A stretch of DNA of 64,000 bases from an uncultured Desulfatitalea sp. (GCA_963668675.2 CAXXMB010000001.1:1575694-1639693); one strand, 5' to 3'. Numbered from the stretch's first letter, positions 47,501-56,848 are shown. The notes: a model not told the origin generated them from the sequence alone. Numbers and translations are program-made.

Positions 47501-47780
47501 TAAAGCTGTCGGACGGCATCTCCACATAGGCCTTGTATGACGGCAGCACCACCTGGGTCGTTCCGGGTTTGGCACCGACAATGATATAAAGGTCCGGCCC
47601 ATTAGGTTGTTCCATCTCCAATCGGTAGGTGCCGCTTTTGACCCAAATGCGCCCCTGCCGCACTGTCACTTCCCGGCTTTGTTCCACATCGGCCTGGAAT
47701 TCGGACGCCATGGCAATGGTTGTAAAAGAGAGGATGAAGCATAACGCTGCAAGCAGTGGCAGCCGGATATTCTTTCTCAT
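44502..47780 (-). CDS. Secreted VWA-domain protein: DUF4412-like N domain, VWA with MIDAS, five ~88-aa Ig-like repeats
   Basis: Signal peptide, DASGSMWG, KGKTPL, VSDGLETC and repeated AP....I.VTW.GP...DYIA..P..PGTY. Confidence 0.85.
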   Translation of the reverse strand: MRKNIRLPLLAALCFILSFTTIAMASEFQADVEQSREVTVRQGRIWVKSGTYRLEMEQPNGPDLYIIVGAKPGTTQVVLPSYKAYVEMPSDSFMSVMNDPFQSAEVTVKQYAVKKEGMVTVQGFNCERQLIHHQGSGILHRWIASELGFPIKIEQLLKEDYYVQLKNIEKRPIPKKQLQVPAGYTLKTEEQVQALIEADPAVAAKMAAYKKNRPRKSELRALLSEGDTWNIVLTPGTKIRIKARPFGSSGAASWFAVPYKGQTALKTKAQCTYSGENNVKEDPASGVDGLSIGAVQGGVSVTVTVIGKLPQVQAIQNVYTKKKGQGSSWGAPRGYRRYQVRLYALSDPAAGVRFKAAGKKHELRIPAGQSREFSYTDQDKLNDLDIMMDYGKIKVVCRAEYQSATTAHILLDEPFSSSLPGKAASAPASSGAGASSSKISSAASAGKAAASSPKDGSASRMVLVLDASGSMWGQIKGKAKIEIAKEVISDLIDAIPADFQTGLTVYGHRRKGDCKDIEMMIPVGKHNAAAMKAKVAAISPKGKTPLSESVKRAAEALQYTKERATVILVSDGLETCDIDPCELSAKLAMSGADFTVHVIGFDISKDDQEQLRCMADKTGGLFLAASDAGSLRDALFKTVEEVKAPPAPVVEDPGTAVLKGPASVPVGSAFTVTWEGPNSRGDLIAVVKKGERNIRYVDYAYTKRGNPAKLTAPGVVGDYELRYKHGHSRKIIGRADLKATPVKASVKAPAAARVAVDIEVTWHGPDYTGDYIAIAQPGTDGHHRIYYTYTRKGSPLKLQAPSDPGTYELRYILGKSKEVLARTTIEIQATSASVKAPATADVASLIDVTWQGPNNRGDYIAIVPPGQGADRRIKYTQTQKGSPLQLRTPSDPGTYDVIYLMSQGKKVLARTAIEIQSVGASVQAPATAAAASLIDVTWRGPNNQMDYIAVVPPGKGADQRIKYTYTQKGSPLQLRMPSDPGTYDVIYLMSQGKKVLASTSIEIQPVTAEINPPATAGVNSQIKIPWQGPGYDSDQITISRPDEAPGGRLTYGYTKRGNPAVIKTPKKPGTYEVRYILGEGKKVLAKKTISVK

Positions 47781-47828
47781 AATGAACTCCTTTATACAGA
47801 TCTTATAATTCACCCAAAAAATTTACTC

Positions 47829-47969
47829 TCACTTACCGATTTGCTTTCCGAAAAGCCTGGTCGTCATCGTCATCCCGCCGGCACCGGCAGAGGCACTGGG
47901 CACCGGGGTCTTTGTGCCAGAACATTGGGTGGTGATTTTAGGCGGCATGCCGCCGGGCATGCCCACCAT
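47829..47969 (-). pseudogene. Internally deleted remnant resembling DUF3617 proteins
   Basis: MVGMPGGMPPKITTQC...PVP...GMTMTTRLFGKQIGK*E*; recognised by motif only. Confidence 0.4.
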
Positions 47970-48214
47970 CACCATCCTGGCAGTAATTTACAGGTGCGAC
48001 GATTATAAAAACCCCTAAAATAAGAAATGCGAAAAAGAATGGAGCTAAATAGAGCTTGTTTATTATTAATTGAATAGACACCTTTTGTCAAAATATCCGT
48101 ATATGCCCTCATTATGTTTAAAAAAGCATACACAATAGTTTTGAGACATAATGCATTCCTCAGTGGCGATGGAACCGATTCCACTGAAGAAAGTGGTGAA
48201 GCTATTTTATATAG

Positions 48215-49750
48215 TCACTGAGGACTATCCTTTTTTATCTCACTGAAAATCTGTGGTCTCTTTGCTGACCATGGTTGTGCCTTTTCCAACTGACCGGCAA
48301 GCCTCAGTAATTTTGCATCACTACCAAAACGCCCGGTAAACTGGACGCCACAGGGTAGCCCATCCTTTGACCAGTAGAGGGGAACGGACATAGCAGGCTG
48401 TCCAGTGATATTGGCAATAAGGGTGAACGGCATCTGACCTTTCATGGTATTTTGAATAAGTTCTACCAATATGGAATATGTCAGCTTCCTGCTGCTCAGA
48501 ATCAATTTGCCGACAAACGATGAGATTAATTTCATCGAGAACCGGTCTTTACTGCCGGGCTTTTGGGAGCCGACGGGTACAGGGGGCTCGCCCAAGGTCG
48601 GGGTAAGCACCATGTCATATGTATTCAGCATCTGATCCATAATTACCCCGAGTTGCCTCCATCTGCGTTTTGCCTTCACAAAATCAAGTGCCTTCAACTG
48701 CTTACCTATGCTGTACATTGCAAAATTGGATAATTCCAGATTGCTTTTCACCATCGAGCTTCCGTATTTCTGGATAAGCTTGTTCACAAGTGCGGCTTCA
48801 TTACCAAGAAGGACAATCAACCAATTCAAGGCAGCTTCCTCCTCCAGATAATCAGGGGCATCTTCTTCAACGATATGACCTAATCTGTCAAGCAAGGTGC
48901 ATGTCTGTTCAACAGCCTTTCTGCATTCCGGATGTACATTCTTCCCATATGCAGGTCTCATATGAAAAGCTATTTTCAGCCTTCCCGGTTCAGTATTTAC
49001 TTCTTCGATAAATGGTCTTTCTTTCTCAACAATGCCGTAAGGTGCCCCATATTCAAAACCTGACACGGCATCGAGTATCGCAGCTGAGTCACGAACCGAC
49101 CGTGAAACGACATGGCTGTGGGACATACCATCCCATTCTTCATCAAAATCAGGGCCTATTGGATTACGACCCCGGCTCGGTTTGAAACCGAATAATCCAC
49201 AATAGGATGCCGGAACACGAATTGATCCCCCCTCATCTGTAGCTGATGCGAGAGGAACAATACCTGCAGCTACTGCTGATGCGGAACCGCCGCTTGAACC
49301 GCCACATGAATAATCAATATTCCAGGGATTCCGCGTTGGTCCGAATGCTTCAGGTTCAGTGATGTAGGCAAGTTTGAACTCAGGTGTATTTGTTTTTCCA
49401 AGGATGATCAAGCCGGCATCCCTGAAGCGTCTTACAATTTCCGCATCATAATCGGGCATGTGATGTCTGAGCAATGCACTGCCTGAACTCATAGCAAAGC
49501 CCTTCAGGGCGTGGTGGACATCTTTCAATAAGAAAGGGACGCCGCTAAATAAAGCATCTTTCTTTGGATTTTTAGCCTGTTCTCTTGCAAAGTCATACAT
49601 CCTTGTTGTGATCGCATTGAGTCGGGGGTTGATGTTTTCAGCACGACGAATAGCCTCTTCACATATTTCTATGCTACTGACATCCCCGTCTTTAACAAGT
49701 TTGGCCAAACCGACACCATCATATCGCTCATACTCGGCAAATGAAGCCAT
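48215..49750 (-). CDS. Amidase-signature family amidase
   Basis: [32 protein letters not shown] and GFKPSRGR. Confidence 0.92.
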   Translation of the reverse strand: MASFAEYERYDGVGLAKLVKDGDVSSIEICEEAIRRAENINPRLNAITTRMYDFAREQAKNPKKDALFSGVPFLLKDVHHALKGFAMSSGSALLRHHMPDYDAEIVRRFRDAGLIILGKTNTPEFKLAYITEPEAFGPTRNPWNIDYSCGGSSGGSASAVAAGIVPLASATDEGGSIRVPASYCGLFGFKPSRGRNPIGPDFDEEWDGMSHSHVVSRSVRDSAAILDAVSGFEYGAPYGIVEKERPFIEEVNTEPGRLKIAFHMRPAYGKNVHPECRKAVEQTCTLLDRLGHIVEEDAPDYLEEEAALNWLIVLLGNEAALVNKLIQKYGSSMVKSNLELSNFAMYSIGKQLKALDFVKAKRRWRQLGVIMDQMLNTYDMVLTPTLGEPPVPVGSQKPGSKDRFSMKLISSFVGKLILSSRKLTYSILVELIQNTMKGQMPFTLIANITGQPAMSVPLYWSKDGLPCGVQFTGRFGSDAKLLRLAGQLEKAQPWSAKRPQIFSEIKKDSPQ

Positions 49751-49773
49751 GCTGATTCCTCCCTATGGAGACC

Positions 49774-49838
49774 GCCAAATGTTCTGTTTCACCGGGAACA
49801 GCGATCTGTCCGCCATCCGGTGCAAACGGTGGTTCTGC
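49774..49838 (-). other. attC (degenerate R')
   Basis: GCAGAAC..TTTGCACCGG...CCGGTGAAA..ATTTGGC. Confidence 0.65.
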
Positions 49839-49978
49839 TCTTTTCTAGTATTTAGAACTTGATGACACTTGTGCCTGTAATTTGATTCTACAGATTTATC
49901 CAGCACTTAAGAGCAGATAAACATGTAATATGGAAACCCTTTTGCCCTGAAAATATTCTTTCCACATATCTTTGATCT

Positions 49979-50435
49979 CTATTTGCCGCAGCAACCATAA
50001 AGAGACATGTGTCCATCATTGGTAATTTTGATGGTAAATTTGTGGCTCGGAGAGCAACCATTAGGAGTGTATTCTACTGAATAAATGGTTCTGTTCACGA
50101 CAATGGAGACCTTGACCGCCTCCACAAGTGCTTTCCAGTCGACCTCTGCGCTACCTTTTTTCTTAAAACTATCGAACTTTACCCATTGCCTGACTCCATT
50201 ATCTCTGACATAGCTTTCGATGTTGCGAAGGGACTCAATGAACTTAGCCTTTGAAGATATAACGATGTCTAACTTAAGACGGTGCTCAGGCCCACAGTTG
50301 GGCGAGGCCCCCTTGGGAGGCGCGCCAAAAGGATCTCCAGACGCAAGTGCCTGGTGCGTGGTAAATGTCATTACTAACGATAGTGTCAGGGCCACACTTA
50401 ATAAAATGTATTTTTTTTGAAAAATATACAACAAC
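49979..50435 (-). CDS. Hypothetical secreted protein (cassette); start approximate
   Basis: Signal-like KKYILLSVALTLSLVMTFTTHQALA and C-terminal YGCCGK; the longer ORF start lies upstream of the attC. Confidence 0.55.
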
Positions 50436-50444
50436 TCAATCCCC

Positions 50445-50504
50445 AAGAAGAGCATCGAACTGTGCCGCCCGGCTTTTTGGGTCGGCACCAGTGCGTGGTT
50501 AAAC
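50445..50504 (-). other. attC (degenerate R')
   Basis: GTTTAAC..ACTGGTGCCG-ACCCAAAAAGCCGGG-CGGCACAGT. Confidence 0.7.
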
Positions 50505-50513
50505 GGCTCGGTT

Positions 50514-50909
50514 CTATTCTTTGTCAAAACTATCCACCACTATTGCTCCCATGGAGGCCGGCATTGTGATAACAATTATCCGCTTAAAAGAGGTTATTGG
50601 ATCGCTTATTAATGGAAGCTTATCCAAACACAACAGAACCAGACAAACAACCAGAGCTGTCATTAAGTAAGCAACAATAATGCGAAAAATAAATACAGCT
50701 GAACGAGCCTTAATGTCTTTTTGAAACACACTTTGATAAGTGAAAATCCCAAGAAACAGTGCTGACAAAGTAAACAACATCATTAAATTGAGGAAAGGCA
50801 ACGTTCGGCTTAAACGCCAAGCTTCTTCTGAAAAAGATATTGGCACAGCAAGTGCAAAAGCTCCGACAAACACCTGACTTGCATCTTCCATATTAAAGCT
50901 GAATTTCAT
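50514..50909 (-). CDS. DUF2391-family membrane protein (cassette)
   Basis: EDASQVFVGAFALAVPISFSEEAW and PASMGAIVVDSFDKE. Confidence 0.8.
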   Translation of the reverse strand: MKFSFNMEDASQVFVGAFALAVPISFSEEAWRLSRTLPFLNLMMLFTLSALFLGIFTYQSVFQKDIKARSAVFIFRIIVAYLMTALVVCLVLLCLDKLPLISDPITSFKRIIVITMPASMGAIVVDSFDKE

Positions 50910-50933
50910 TTTTTCCTCTTCGTGCCTACTGCC

Positions 50934-50992
50934 GTTTAACAATTTAATCAGCGGCCCGGCCGTTTTGGGTCCGTTGAATTTGCATGTTCGGC
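50934..50992 (-). other. attC
   Basis: GCCGAAC..AATTCAACGG...CCGCTGATT..GTTAAAC. Confidence 0.85.
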
Positions 50993-52186
50993 AACTCTTT
51001 GTTCAAAGATATCAGATACAAGACCCATAGTTTTGGCCCGTTCCATCCATTGCTTCCGTGCCAGAGCCCGCATGTTTTCAACATTGTCTGTTTCATCCAT
51101 GATTTCCATACCCATAAGAGTTTCAATTAAATCTTCTAAAGTCACAAGACCGTCCGTCCCCCCATGTTCATTAACGACTATGGCAATATGCTTACGGTCC
51201 TTAAGAAAACGTTCCAATAAAGAGGTCAACGATACCGATTCCGGAACCGGAAGTATTTCACGTTTCAGTGTCTTTAATTGACCATCTCCTCGCTTCTGAG
51301 CAGTCAGGATCAAAACATCATCTTTAAGAACAAAACCTGTTATATCGTCGATGTCCGTCTTGTAAACGGGGAGGCGCGAGAATGGCGCTTGAACCACTTG
51401 CTTTAATGAATCGATTATTTTCATGTCCTCGGGGAGTGCTGAAATTACAGTGCGCGGCGTCATGATATCGGCTACTTTTAGTGACTCGAATCGAAGTAGG
51501 TTTTGAATAATCCTTGATTCCTTGCTGCCAATTTCTCCGGTCTTTACACCGACCGATGCCATGGCGATAAATTCATCTTTGGTGAAAAGGTTCAGGTCCT
51601 TTCCACGCGAAATAGACCTGGTTGTTCTTTCCGAAATCCATACAATTGGATAAAGAACCACAATCAGAGTGCTTACAAAGATTGAAATTGGCCCTGCGAG
51701 TTTGGACCAGTAGACGGCTCCTATGGTTTTAGGAACGATTTCGGAAAGAAAAAGGATCAAAAGCGTCATGACAGCCGAAAATAGGCCAAACCATGCGCTG
51801 CCAAATACGACCGTCGCTTTGGCCCCAGCACCGATCGCGCCAACCGTATGCGCTATAGTGTTTAGTGTCAAAATGGCCGCAAGTGATCGGTCCACATTAT
51901 CTTGTCTCAGCCGTTTCAAAAGTGCCGCATGGTTAGGCCGCTTTTCTTTCTGTCCTTCGATATATGAAGGCGTAATGCTTAAGAGTACCGATTCCGCCAC
52001 TGAACAGAGAAACGAAAAGACCAATGCCAGCAGAACATAGATAATCAACAGCAGACCATCAGCGCTCGTATCTTCAAAGCTTCTTTCCTGTGAGCCTTCT
52101 ACGCCAAAGGCATGAGCCGAGATAGCCAGCGCCAGTGACAATACGGGGGCTGAAGTCCAGCTTAACCATTTTAATGACGATCTCAT
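50948..52186 (-). CDS. CNNM/CBS-domain (hemolysin-like/CorC-type) membrane protein (cassette)
   Basis: FSFLCS.AE, ILTLNT.AHT.GA, SEI.PK, IMTPR, FSRLPVY and TLEDLIE. Confidence 0.9.
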   Translation of the reverse strand: MRSSLKWLSWTSAPVLSLALAISAHAFGVEGSQERSFEDTSADGLLLIIYVLLALVFSFLCSVAESVLLSITPSYIEGQKEKRPNHAALLKRLRQDNVDRSLAAILTLNTIAHTVGAIGAGAKATVVFGSAWFGLFSAVMTLLILFLSEIVPKTIGAVYWSKLAGPISIFVSTLIVVLYPIVWISERTTRSISRGKDLNLFTKDEFIAMASVGVKTGEIGSKESRIIQNLLRFESLKVADIMTPRTVISALPEDMKIIDSLKQVVQAPFSRLPVYKTDIDDITGFVLKDDVLILTAQKRGDGQLKTLKREILPVPESVSLTSLLERFLKDRKHIAIVVNEHGGTDGLVTLEDLIETLMGMEIMDETDNVENMRALARKQWMERAKTMGLVSDIFEQRVAEHANSTDPKRPGR

Positions 52187-52213
52187 AGGAATTGTGTGTT
52201 TCCATATTGCGTG

Positions 52214-52336
52214 ACCGAACGCCCACCATCGCAGGTAAGCAGGGTTTGCGTACTTCGCAGATGAGAGTTCAACACTAAAATATGCCAAAACTAAAGCGGC
52301 CCGCCCCTACGAATCCTGTGTATGGTGAGGTTATGG
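52214..52336 (-). other. attC
   Basis: CCATAAC..ACCATACACAGG...CCTGCGATGGT..GTTCGGT. Confidence 0.8.
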
Positions 52337-52344
52337 GCTCGCTG

Positions 52345-52572
52345 CTATTGATGTGCTGAATATTCATCCAGAAGTCGGCGTATCATTTTTTGATACTGAG
52401 TATTATATTTCTTTGCTTCCTTTTTAAAAAAATCAATGCTCGTTTTGCTCAGAGAAATCGTAACCTTGACGGTTTCGTCTTTCAATGCAAGTTCTTCAGG
52501 TGAAGGAAGAAAATCGGAAATGACCTTAACCTTTCCAATAGGCTCATCCGTGTATTTTATTTTGGCTGTCAT
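52345..52572 (-). CDS. BrnA/CopG-like antitoxin
   Basis: DFLP.PEEL..KVTI.L....IDFFK...YQKMIR.LLD.Y; overlaps the brnT stop. Confidence 0.85.
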   Translation of the reverse strand: MTAKIKYTDEPIGKVKVISDFLPSPEELALKDETVKVTISLSKTSIDFFKKEAKKYNTQYQKMIRRLLDEYSAHQ

Positions 52573-52837
52573 ATATCTTTTTTCCTTTCCGCCAATATCC
52601 GGCGCCGATAATTCTGATTTTGTTTTTTCTGTAGGTAAACCTAACTGTCATAATTCCGCCAGAGACACGACCAAGGCAATAAAATTGTTTTTCATCGTCG
52701 CTGTGCTCAAGATCCTCCAGAATGACACGGTTATGATCCAAAAAAGCAAGTTGTGCCAAGCCAAAAGAAACGCCATGTTTTTCTTGATTAATCTCGTCTT
52801 TATTGGAATCCCACTCAAAATCAGATCGTTTTTTCAT
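52544..52837 (-). CDS. brnT: BrnT-family toxin
   Basis: FEWD..K...N..KHGVSF, HS..E and IRIIGA. Confidence 0.9.
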   Translation of the reverse strand: MKKRSDFEWDSNKDEINQEKHGVSFGLAQLAFLDHNRVILEDLEHSDDEKQFYCLGRVSGGIMTVRFTYRKNKIRIIGAGYWRKGKKIYDSQNKIHG

Positions 52838-52906
52838 AGATTTACAATATGTTTAGAAAGGAACTATGTCAATATAAATATATGGCTATTTATATGGCTT
52901 CATCAC

Positions 52907-52972
52907 CCATAACGACAGACTTCACGGGGAACGGCGCTCTTTGCCGCGATTCCGTGCAAGCCTATGTTGGGT
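52907..52972 (-). other. attC
   Basis: ACCCAAC..GCTTGCACGG...CCGTGAAGT..GTTATGG. Confidence 0.85.
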
Positions 52973-52985
52973 CACCCCATTTGTA

Positions 52986-53024
52986 TTGACAACCCACCGT
53001 TCGTTATGTACAGTTTGTTGTACA
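52986..53024 (+). promoter_or_regulatory. yefM-yoeB promoter/operator
   Basis: TTGACA -35 and two TGTACA cores at 53007 and 53019, 12 bp apart as in the E. coli yefM operator. Confidence 0.75.
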
Positions 53025-53048
53025 TGAAACGTAAAACGGAGGTCAGCC

Positions 53049-53300
53049 ATGAAAGCCATATCATATACATCAGCGCGACAAAATCTTGCTAAAACCATGG
53101 AGCAAGTTTGTCAGGATCATGCACCGATAATAATTACACGAAAGACGCATGATTCAGTGGTCATAATGTCCCTTGAGGACTACACGGCGCTACAAGAAAC
53201 AGCCTACCTTTTACGTTCGCCTAAAAATACCAGGCGTTTGATCGAATCCATTGCCCAGCTTGAAAATGGAAAGGGCACCGAAAGGGAGCTTATCGATTGA
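53049..53300 (+). CDS. yefM: YefM antitoxin
   Basis: ISYTSARQNLA..DHAPIIITR..MSLEDY..L.ETAYLLRSP.N. Confidence 0.95.
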   Translation: MKAISYTSARQNLAKTMEQVCQDHAPIIITRKTHDSVVIMSLEDYTALQETAYLLRSPKNTRRLIESIAQLENGKGTERELID

Positions 53301-53551
53301 AACTAATTTTTTCTGATAATGCATGGGAGGACTACCTTTATTGGCAAAAAACCGATAAAAAAATGCTCCGTCGAATCAACACACTGATCAAAAACATTAA
53401 GCGCAATCCTTTTGAAGGAATCGGAAAACCTGAGCCACTTAAACATGCACTTTCGGGATACTGGTCTCGCCGTATAAATGATGAACATAGAATCGTATAC
53501 AAAGTTTTGGACGATGCTATCCTATTAGCTCAACTTCGTTATCAGTATTGA
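53297..53551 (+). CDS. yoeB: YoeB/Txe toxin
   Basis: AWEDYLYWQ, GIGKPEPLK and WSRRI..EHR.VY. Confidence 0.95.
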   Translation: MKLIFSDNAWEDYLYWQKTDKKMLRRINTLIKNIKRNPFEGIGKPEPLKHALSGYWSRRINDEHRIVYKVLDDAILLAQLRYQY

Positions 53552-53569
53552 TTTCTGCCTTATCAAGAA

Positions 53570-53692
53570 ACCCAACGTCCGCCTCACATGCCGCAAAATG
53601 AATGCGGACTATGGGCAAAGTGCGTTTAATGATGAAGACGATTTACTCAAGGCCGCCCCCCTTTTGCGATCCTGTGCAGCCGATGGTTGTGC
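53570..53692 (-). other. attC
   Basis: GCACAAC..GCTGCACAGGATCGCAAAA...TTTTGCGGCATGTGAGGC..GTTGGGT. Confidence 0.8.
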
Positions 53693-53724
53693 GAAACCAG
53701 CGATGTTGTGAAAAACGAACCTTT

Positions 53725-54100
53725 TCACCCAAAAGAATACCTTCTATCTACCCAGTAATTCCAATCCGAAACAGCCTCTTCTGTTTCACAGTCTCCATGA
53801 ACGAGCTTTAATTGACTAAGAGGAACTGCCAATCCATCTTTTTCCCACGTAATCATGACAAACATTTCATGGATATATTCATTTTCAGGTGTCATTGCAT
53901 AAGGTTCAATTTCATCACCAACTCTCAATGGCGAAATAGCTCTTTTTGATCTACATGTTGCGATGAATGGAAAAGTTTATGGTTTCAGATAGATAATAAA
54001 ACCACCCAACAGCCTGTTCTTCAGCGCCATAAGCATCTACAATTATTTCATTAACAATCCGTTCTTCGCGTTTATTATCTTTTTTTCTATTTTTGGACAT
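53725..54100 (-). pseudogene. CcbP-like 'calcium-binding protein' cassette with a 1-nt frameshift near 53972
   Basis: MSK..REERI.NEIIVDAYG.EEQ..GW.YYL, then an extra T before FPF.ATC...LAVPLSQL...DW.YW; span is 376 nt (3n+1). Confidence 0.75.
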
Positions 54101-54128
54101 TATAGAAATATCTTTCTGTTTTTTTCTC

Positions 54129-54187
54129 GGACAACGTTATACTCACTGGCGCTTGGAACAAGCGGCCGGTGCAGCGCCTTGTTGGGC
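54129..54187 (-). other. attC
   Basis: GCCCAAC..GCTGCACCGG...CCAGTGAGT..GTTGTCC. Confidence 0.85.
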
Positions 54188-54601
54188 GCCGATTTCGATC
54201 AATGCTTCACGAAATTGATGAGCTTTGTTTGTATTGAATCGGAATTCAATTAAACCATTCCAACCTTCTCGAAAGTCTGATGACTCGAACGAAAGACGCA
54301 ATTTCTCTTCTTTTAGAATGTCGACATACAGATTTTCTATCTTCGGGTCTTCGACAAAAATGTTGATCTGACGTTTCCCGTATGTGTAGCAAATCACTCT
54401 CTCTTTGGTTACCACGAGACAACCAGAAAAACCCTCTGAACGATGACGATACCGTTTCCCCGGTCCATTGACATGCTTTGCGATGAAACATCCACCCATT
54501 CCTTCATCAGAGACAACAATACCCTCCTGTTCAAGCCGTGTGAGCGATTTCTTAGGGACAGAGCCAAGTCCAAATAATCGATACAAAAACGTCTTTTTCA
54601 T
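54143..54601 (-). CDS. Hypothetical protein (cassette)
   Basis: AAGGA RBS, MKKTFLYRLFGLG...; lies between attC sites. Confidence 0.75.
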   Translation of the reverse strand: MKKTFLYRLFGLGSVPKKSLTRLEQEGIVVSDEGMGGCFIAKHVNGPGKRYRHRSEGFSGCLVVTKERVICYTYGKRQINIFVEDPKIENLYVDILKEEKLRLSFESSDFREGWNGLIEFRFNTNKAHQFREALIEIGAQQGAAPAACSKRQ

Positions 54602-54616
54602 CTGTATCCTTTTTTC

Positions 54617-54735
54617 GCCCAACGGTTCATGATAACCGGCGGCGACGAGAAGTTTTGGCCACCACCGATACATAAGATTTTGCTTTTCAATTTAGTGAAG
54701 ACGTATTTTCCGTCCAATTGATTGTATGGTTAGGC
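54617..54735 (-). other. attC
   Basis: GCCTAAC ... CCGGTTATCA..GTTGGGC with imperfect arms. Confidence 0.7.
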
Positions 54736-54748
54736 ATTTTATTGGTAT

Positions 54749-55093
54749 TCATTTCATCGGAAATATGGATTCGTCGACGAACACAGCCGGCACTTCCCAA
54801 GGATGATTAGGAAATACTGCATTCTCGATCAGATGTTGCAAGCGTTGCGGATCCCTTGGTATGCAAAATTCCAGACGAACACTCTCAATACTTATGCGCT
54901 CACCAATTACCCCAGCCGTTGGTTTTGCTCCGAAGTTGGGGCGAAACTGTTCCTTACTGCCAGGACTAGACCACATTACCTGTTCGTATGCTCCAATGTC
55001 CAACGGATCCGAAGCACAAATTGCAGCCTTCAATTCATCCAGATGATCCGGCGGAACGAAAATAGTAACTCTGTATATTTCAATCAGTTCCAT
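54749..55093 (-). CDS. YqfO/NIF3-like small protein (cassette)
   Basis: IFVP, IGAY, G..QFRP..GA.P..G, E..RLEF and HPWEVP. Confidence 0.8.
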   Translation of the reverse strand: MELIEIYRVTIFVPPDHLDELKAAICASDPLDIGAYEQVMWSSPGSKEQFRPNFGAKPTAGVIGERISIESVRLEFCIPRDPQRLQHLIENAVFPNHPWEVPAVFVDESIFPMK

Positions 55094-55107
55094 GAGTGTA
55101 TTTCGAT

Positions 55108-55194
55108 GCCTAACGCTCGCCATAACCGGCAGTGAAAAGCGGGGCGACGAAGGCGCACCACTTTTCACTTTCCGAGTTGATGGCGTTGTTGGGC
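55108..55194 (-). other. attC
   Basis: GCCCAAC..GCCATCAAC.CGG..AGTGAAAAG...CTTTTCACT.CCGGTTATGGC..GTTAGGC. Confidence 0.9.
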
Positions 55195-55218
55195 GAAGAT
55201 TTGCACATGGGTTCACAC

Positions 55219-56133
55219 TTAAGCTCTCAGTGACTCACCGATCCCCTGCCGATATGGTGTTGGTTGTTGGCCCAGCGCGGATTCAATCTTGCTGCTGTCA
55301 AAGCGATAGTCATATTCAAACTGATACATCATTTCCTCATTTTCGCGAAGCACTGGCATAAAGATGCCCATGAGTTTCAACATCCAACTTGGTGCAACTT
55401 GCAGCTTAAAGGGCCGTCCTGCCAGGACGCATGCCAAACTCACGAAGTCCTTTCCCGTTAGTGGTTCCTTGGTGGTTGGCAGGTGCCACGTCTGGCCGTA
55501 TGCATCCGATGATCGACCAAGCATAGCCACTGCACGACCAGCGTCTGGTGTAAACGTAAAGGTGTGTACAGTATTCGGATTGCCTATCCATTGAGGTGTT
55601 TTTCTCGACTTTAGGCGATCAAACACAGTCGCGTGCGGAAAGCTTTGTATAGCGCCGGGACCGTAGAAATCGGCCGAACGCACGATCATCGCCTGTAGAT
55701 TGCCACTTCGCATTTCGTCGAGCAACATTGTTGCAATCTTCGCCCTGACCTCTCCTTTCTTGCTGATTGGGTTAAATGGTGTGTGTTCGGTCATCACGCC
55801 ATCCACTCGTCCATAGGCATAAACGTTGTCGAAAAACACAAGACACGCTCCATGCTGCTTGCAGGCGTCGATTGCGTTACGCATCACGCGCGGCCATTGC
55901 TCTTGCCACACAGCGGCGTTGTACTTCAAACCTGCTACCAAGTAAACCACCTCGCTACCGGACACCGCATTTACGGTTGCTTGAACGTCCAATAGGTCGG
56001 CGACAAATGTCTCGTCGGTCGGGTTCACCTTTCTAGGAGTCCGGCTCACCTGCCGAATGTTCTGTCTAAATTCGGCAAGTGCTCGCGAAAGCTCTTGAGC
56101 GATAACACCATTTGCGCCAAGTATCGTATGCAT
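55219..56133 (-). CDS. NAD-dependent epimerase/dehydratase (atypical SDR; cassette)
   Basis: TILGANGVI, FFDNVYAYG, RSADFYGP and TFTPDAGRA. Confidence 0.88.
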   Translation of the reverse strand: MHTILGANGVIAQELSRALAEFRQNIRQVSRTPRKVNPTDETFVADLLDVQATVNAVSGSEVVYLVAGLKYNAAVWQEQWPRVMRNAIDACKQHGACLVFFDNVYAYGRVDGVMTEHTPFNPISKKGEVRAKIATMLLDEMRSGNLQAMIVRSADFYGPGAIQSFPHATVFDRLKSRKTPQWIGNPNTVHTFTFTPDAGRAVAMLGRSSDAYGQTWHLPTTKEPLTGKDFVSLACVLAGRPFKLQVAPSWMLKLMGIFMPVLRENEEMMYQFEYDYRFDSSKIESALGQQPTPYRQGIGESLRA

Positions 56134-56163
56134 AGCTATTCTCACAAATTGAAACCGCAAGTG

Positions 56164-56223
56164 GCCCAACACCGCTGCTCTCGGGCGCGAAGAATGAGCG
56201 TCCAGAGCAGCAGCTGGTTATAC
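56164..56223 (-). other. attC
   Basis: GTATAAC..CTGCTCTGG...CCGAGAGCAG..GTTGGGC. Confidence 0.85.
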
Positions 56224-56279
56224 AACTGATATGCCTGAAAGAATATGCAATAAGCTGAATCTCGAATGGTTATAAATCG

Positions 56280-56612
56280 CTATCGCCCACCCGTACCCCT
56301 TCCTGAAACACCTCTACCTGCAAGAGGATTGTATAATTTTATAATTGCAAATTTCATAACATCCAAGGTCTGCATTTCTAAAATAATATTCATCAAAGTG
56401 CTACTTCCTTCTTCAGGAAGTACGCAAGCATTGTTAGCGTCAAAGGTTAAACTCTCAAATCCCTTAATCAATTTTTTTTGGTCCTTTTTAGTCATGCCTA
56501 CCTGAACTGCTTTTTTGCCATCTATTTCTTGAACCTGGTCTGCCAATCCGACAGCTTCAATTTTTTTGAGCTGTTCGTCATCCAAAAATACATTAATGTA
56601 AAAATCTGCCAT
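56280..56612 (-). CDS. Hypothetical protein (cassette, copy 1)
   Basis: AAGGAGG RBS; 110 aa; near-identical copy at 58923-59255. Confidence 0.8.
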   Translation of the reverse strand: MADFYINVFLDDEQLKKIEAVGLADQVQEIDGKKAVQVGMTKKDQKKLIKGFESLTFDANNACVLPEEGSSTLMNIILEMQTLDVMKFAIIKLYNPLAGRGVSGRGTGGR

Positions 56613-56653
56613 AATAAACCTCCTTCAAAAAAATTAAATAGTATTAATTATAA

Positions 56654-56702
56654 GTATAACGATTGGGATATCCGGCCGACCGTGTAAACAACGACGTTCT
56701 TG
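56654..56702 (-). other. Short attC
   Basis: CAAGAAC..TTGTTTACACGG..CCGGATATCCCAA..GTTATAC. Confidence 0.55.
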
Positions 56703-56761
56703 CTCACAGATAAATAGAAATTCGTCAGGTGATGATCAGTAATTGCAAAGCTTCCAGGTCG

Positions 56762-56848
56762 GTCCAACGCCGCCCATAACCCGCAGCCGAAAGCGGAGCG
56801 ACGAAAGTTCGTAGCTTTTGGCTGTCGGAGTTGATGGGCTTGTTAGCC
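56762..56848 (-). other. attC
   Basis: GGCTAAC..GCCCATCAAC..CAGCCAAAAGC...GCTTTCGGCTG..GTTATGGGC..GTTGGAC. Confidence 0.88.

Noticed and set aside
47826..47831. Selenocysteine TGA in the DUF3617-like ORF
   Set aside because: The ORF looks internally deleted and no SECIS-like hairpin follows; a nonsense mutation is simpler.
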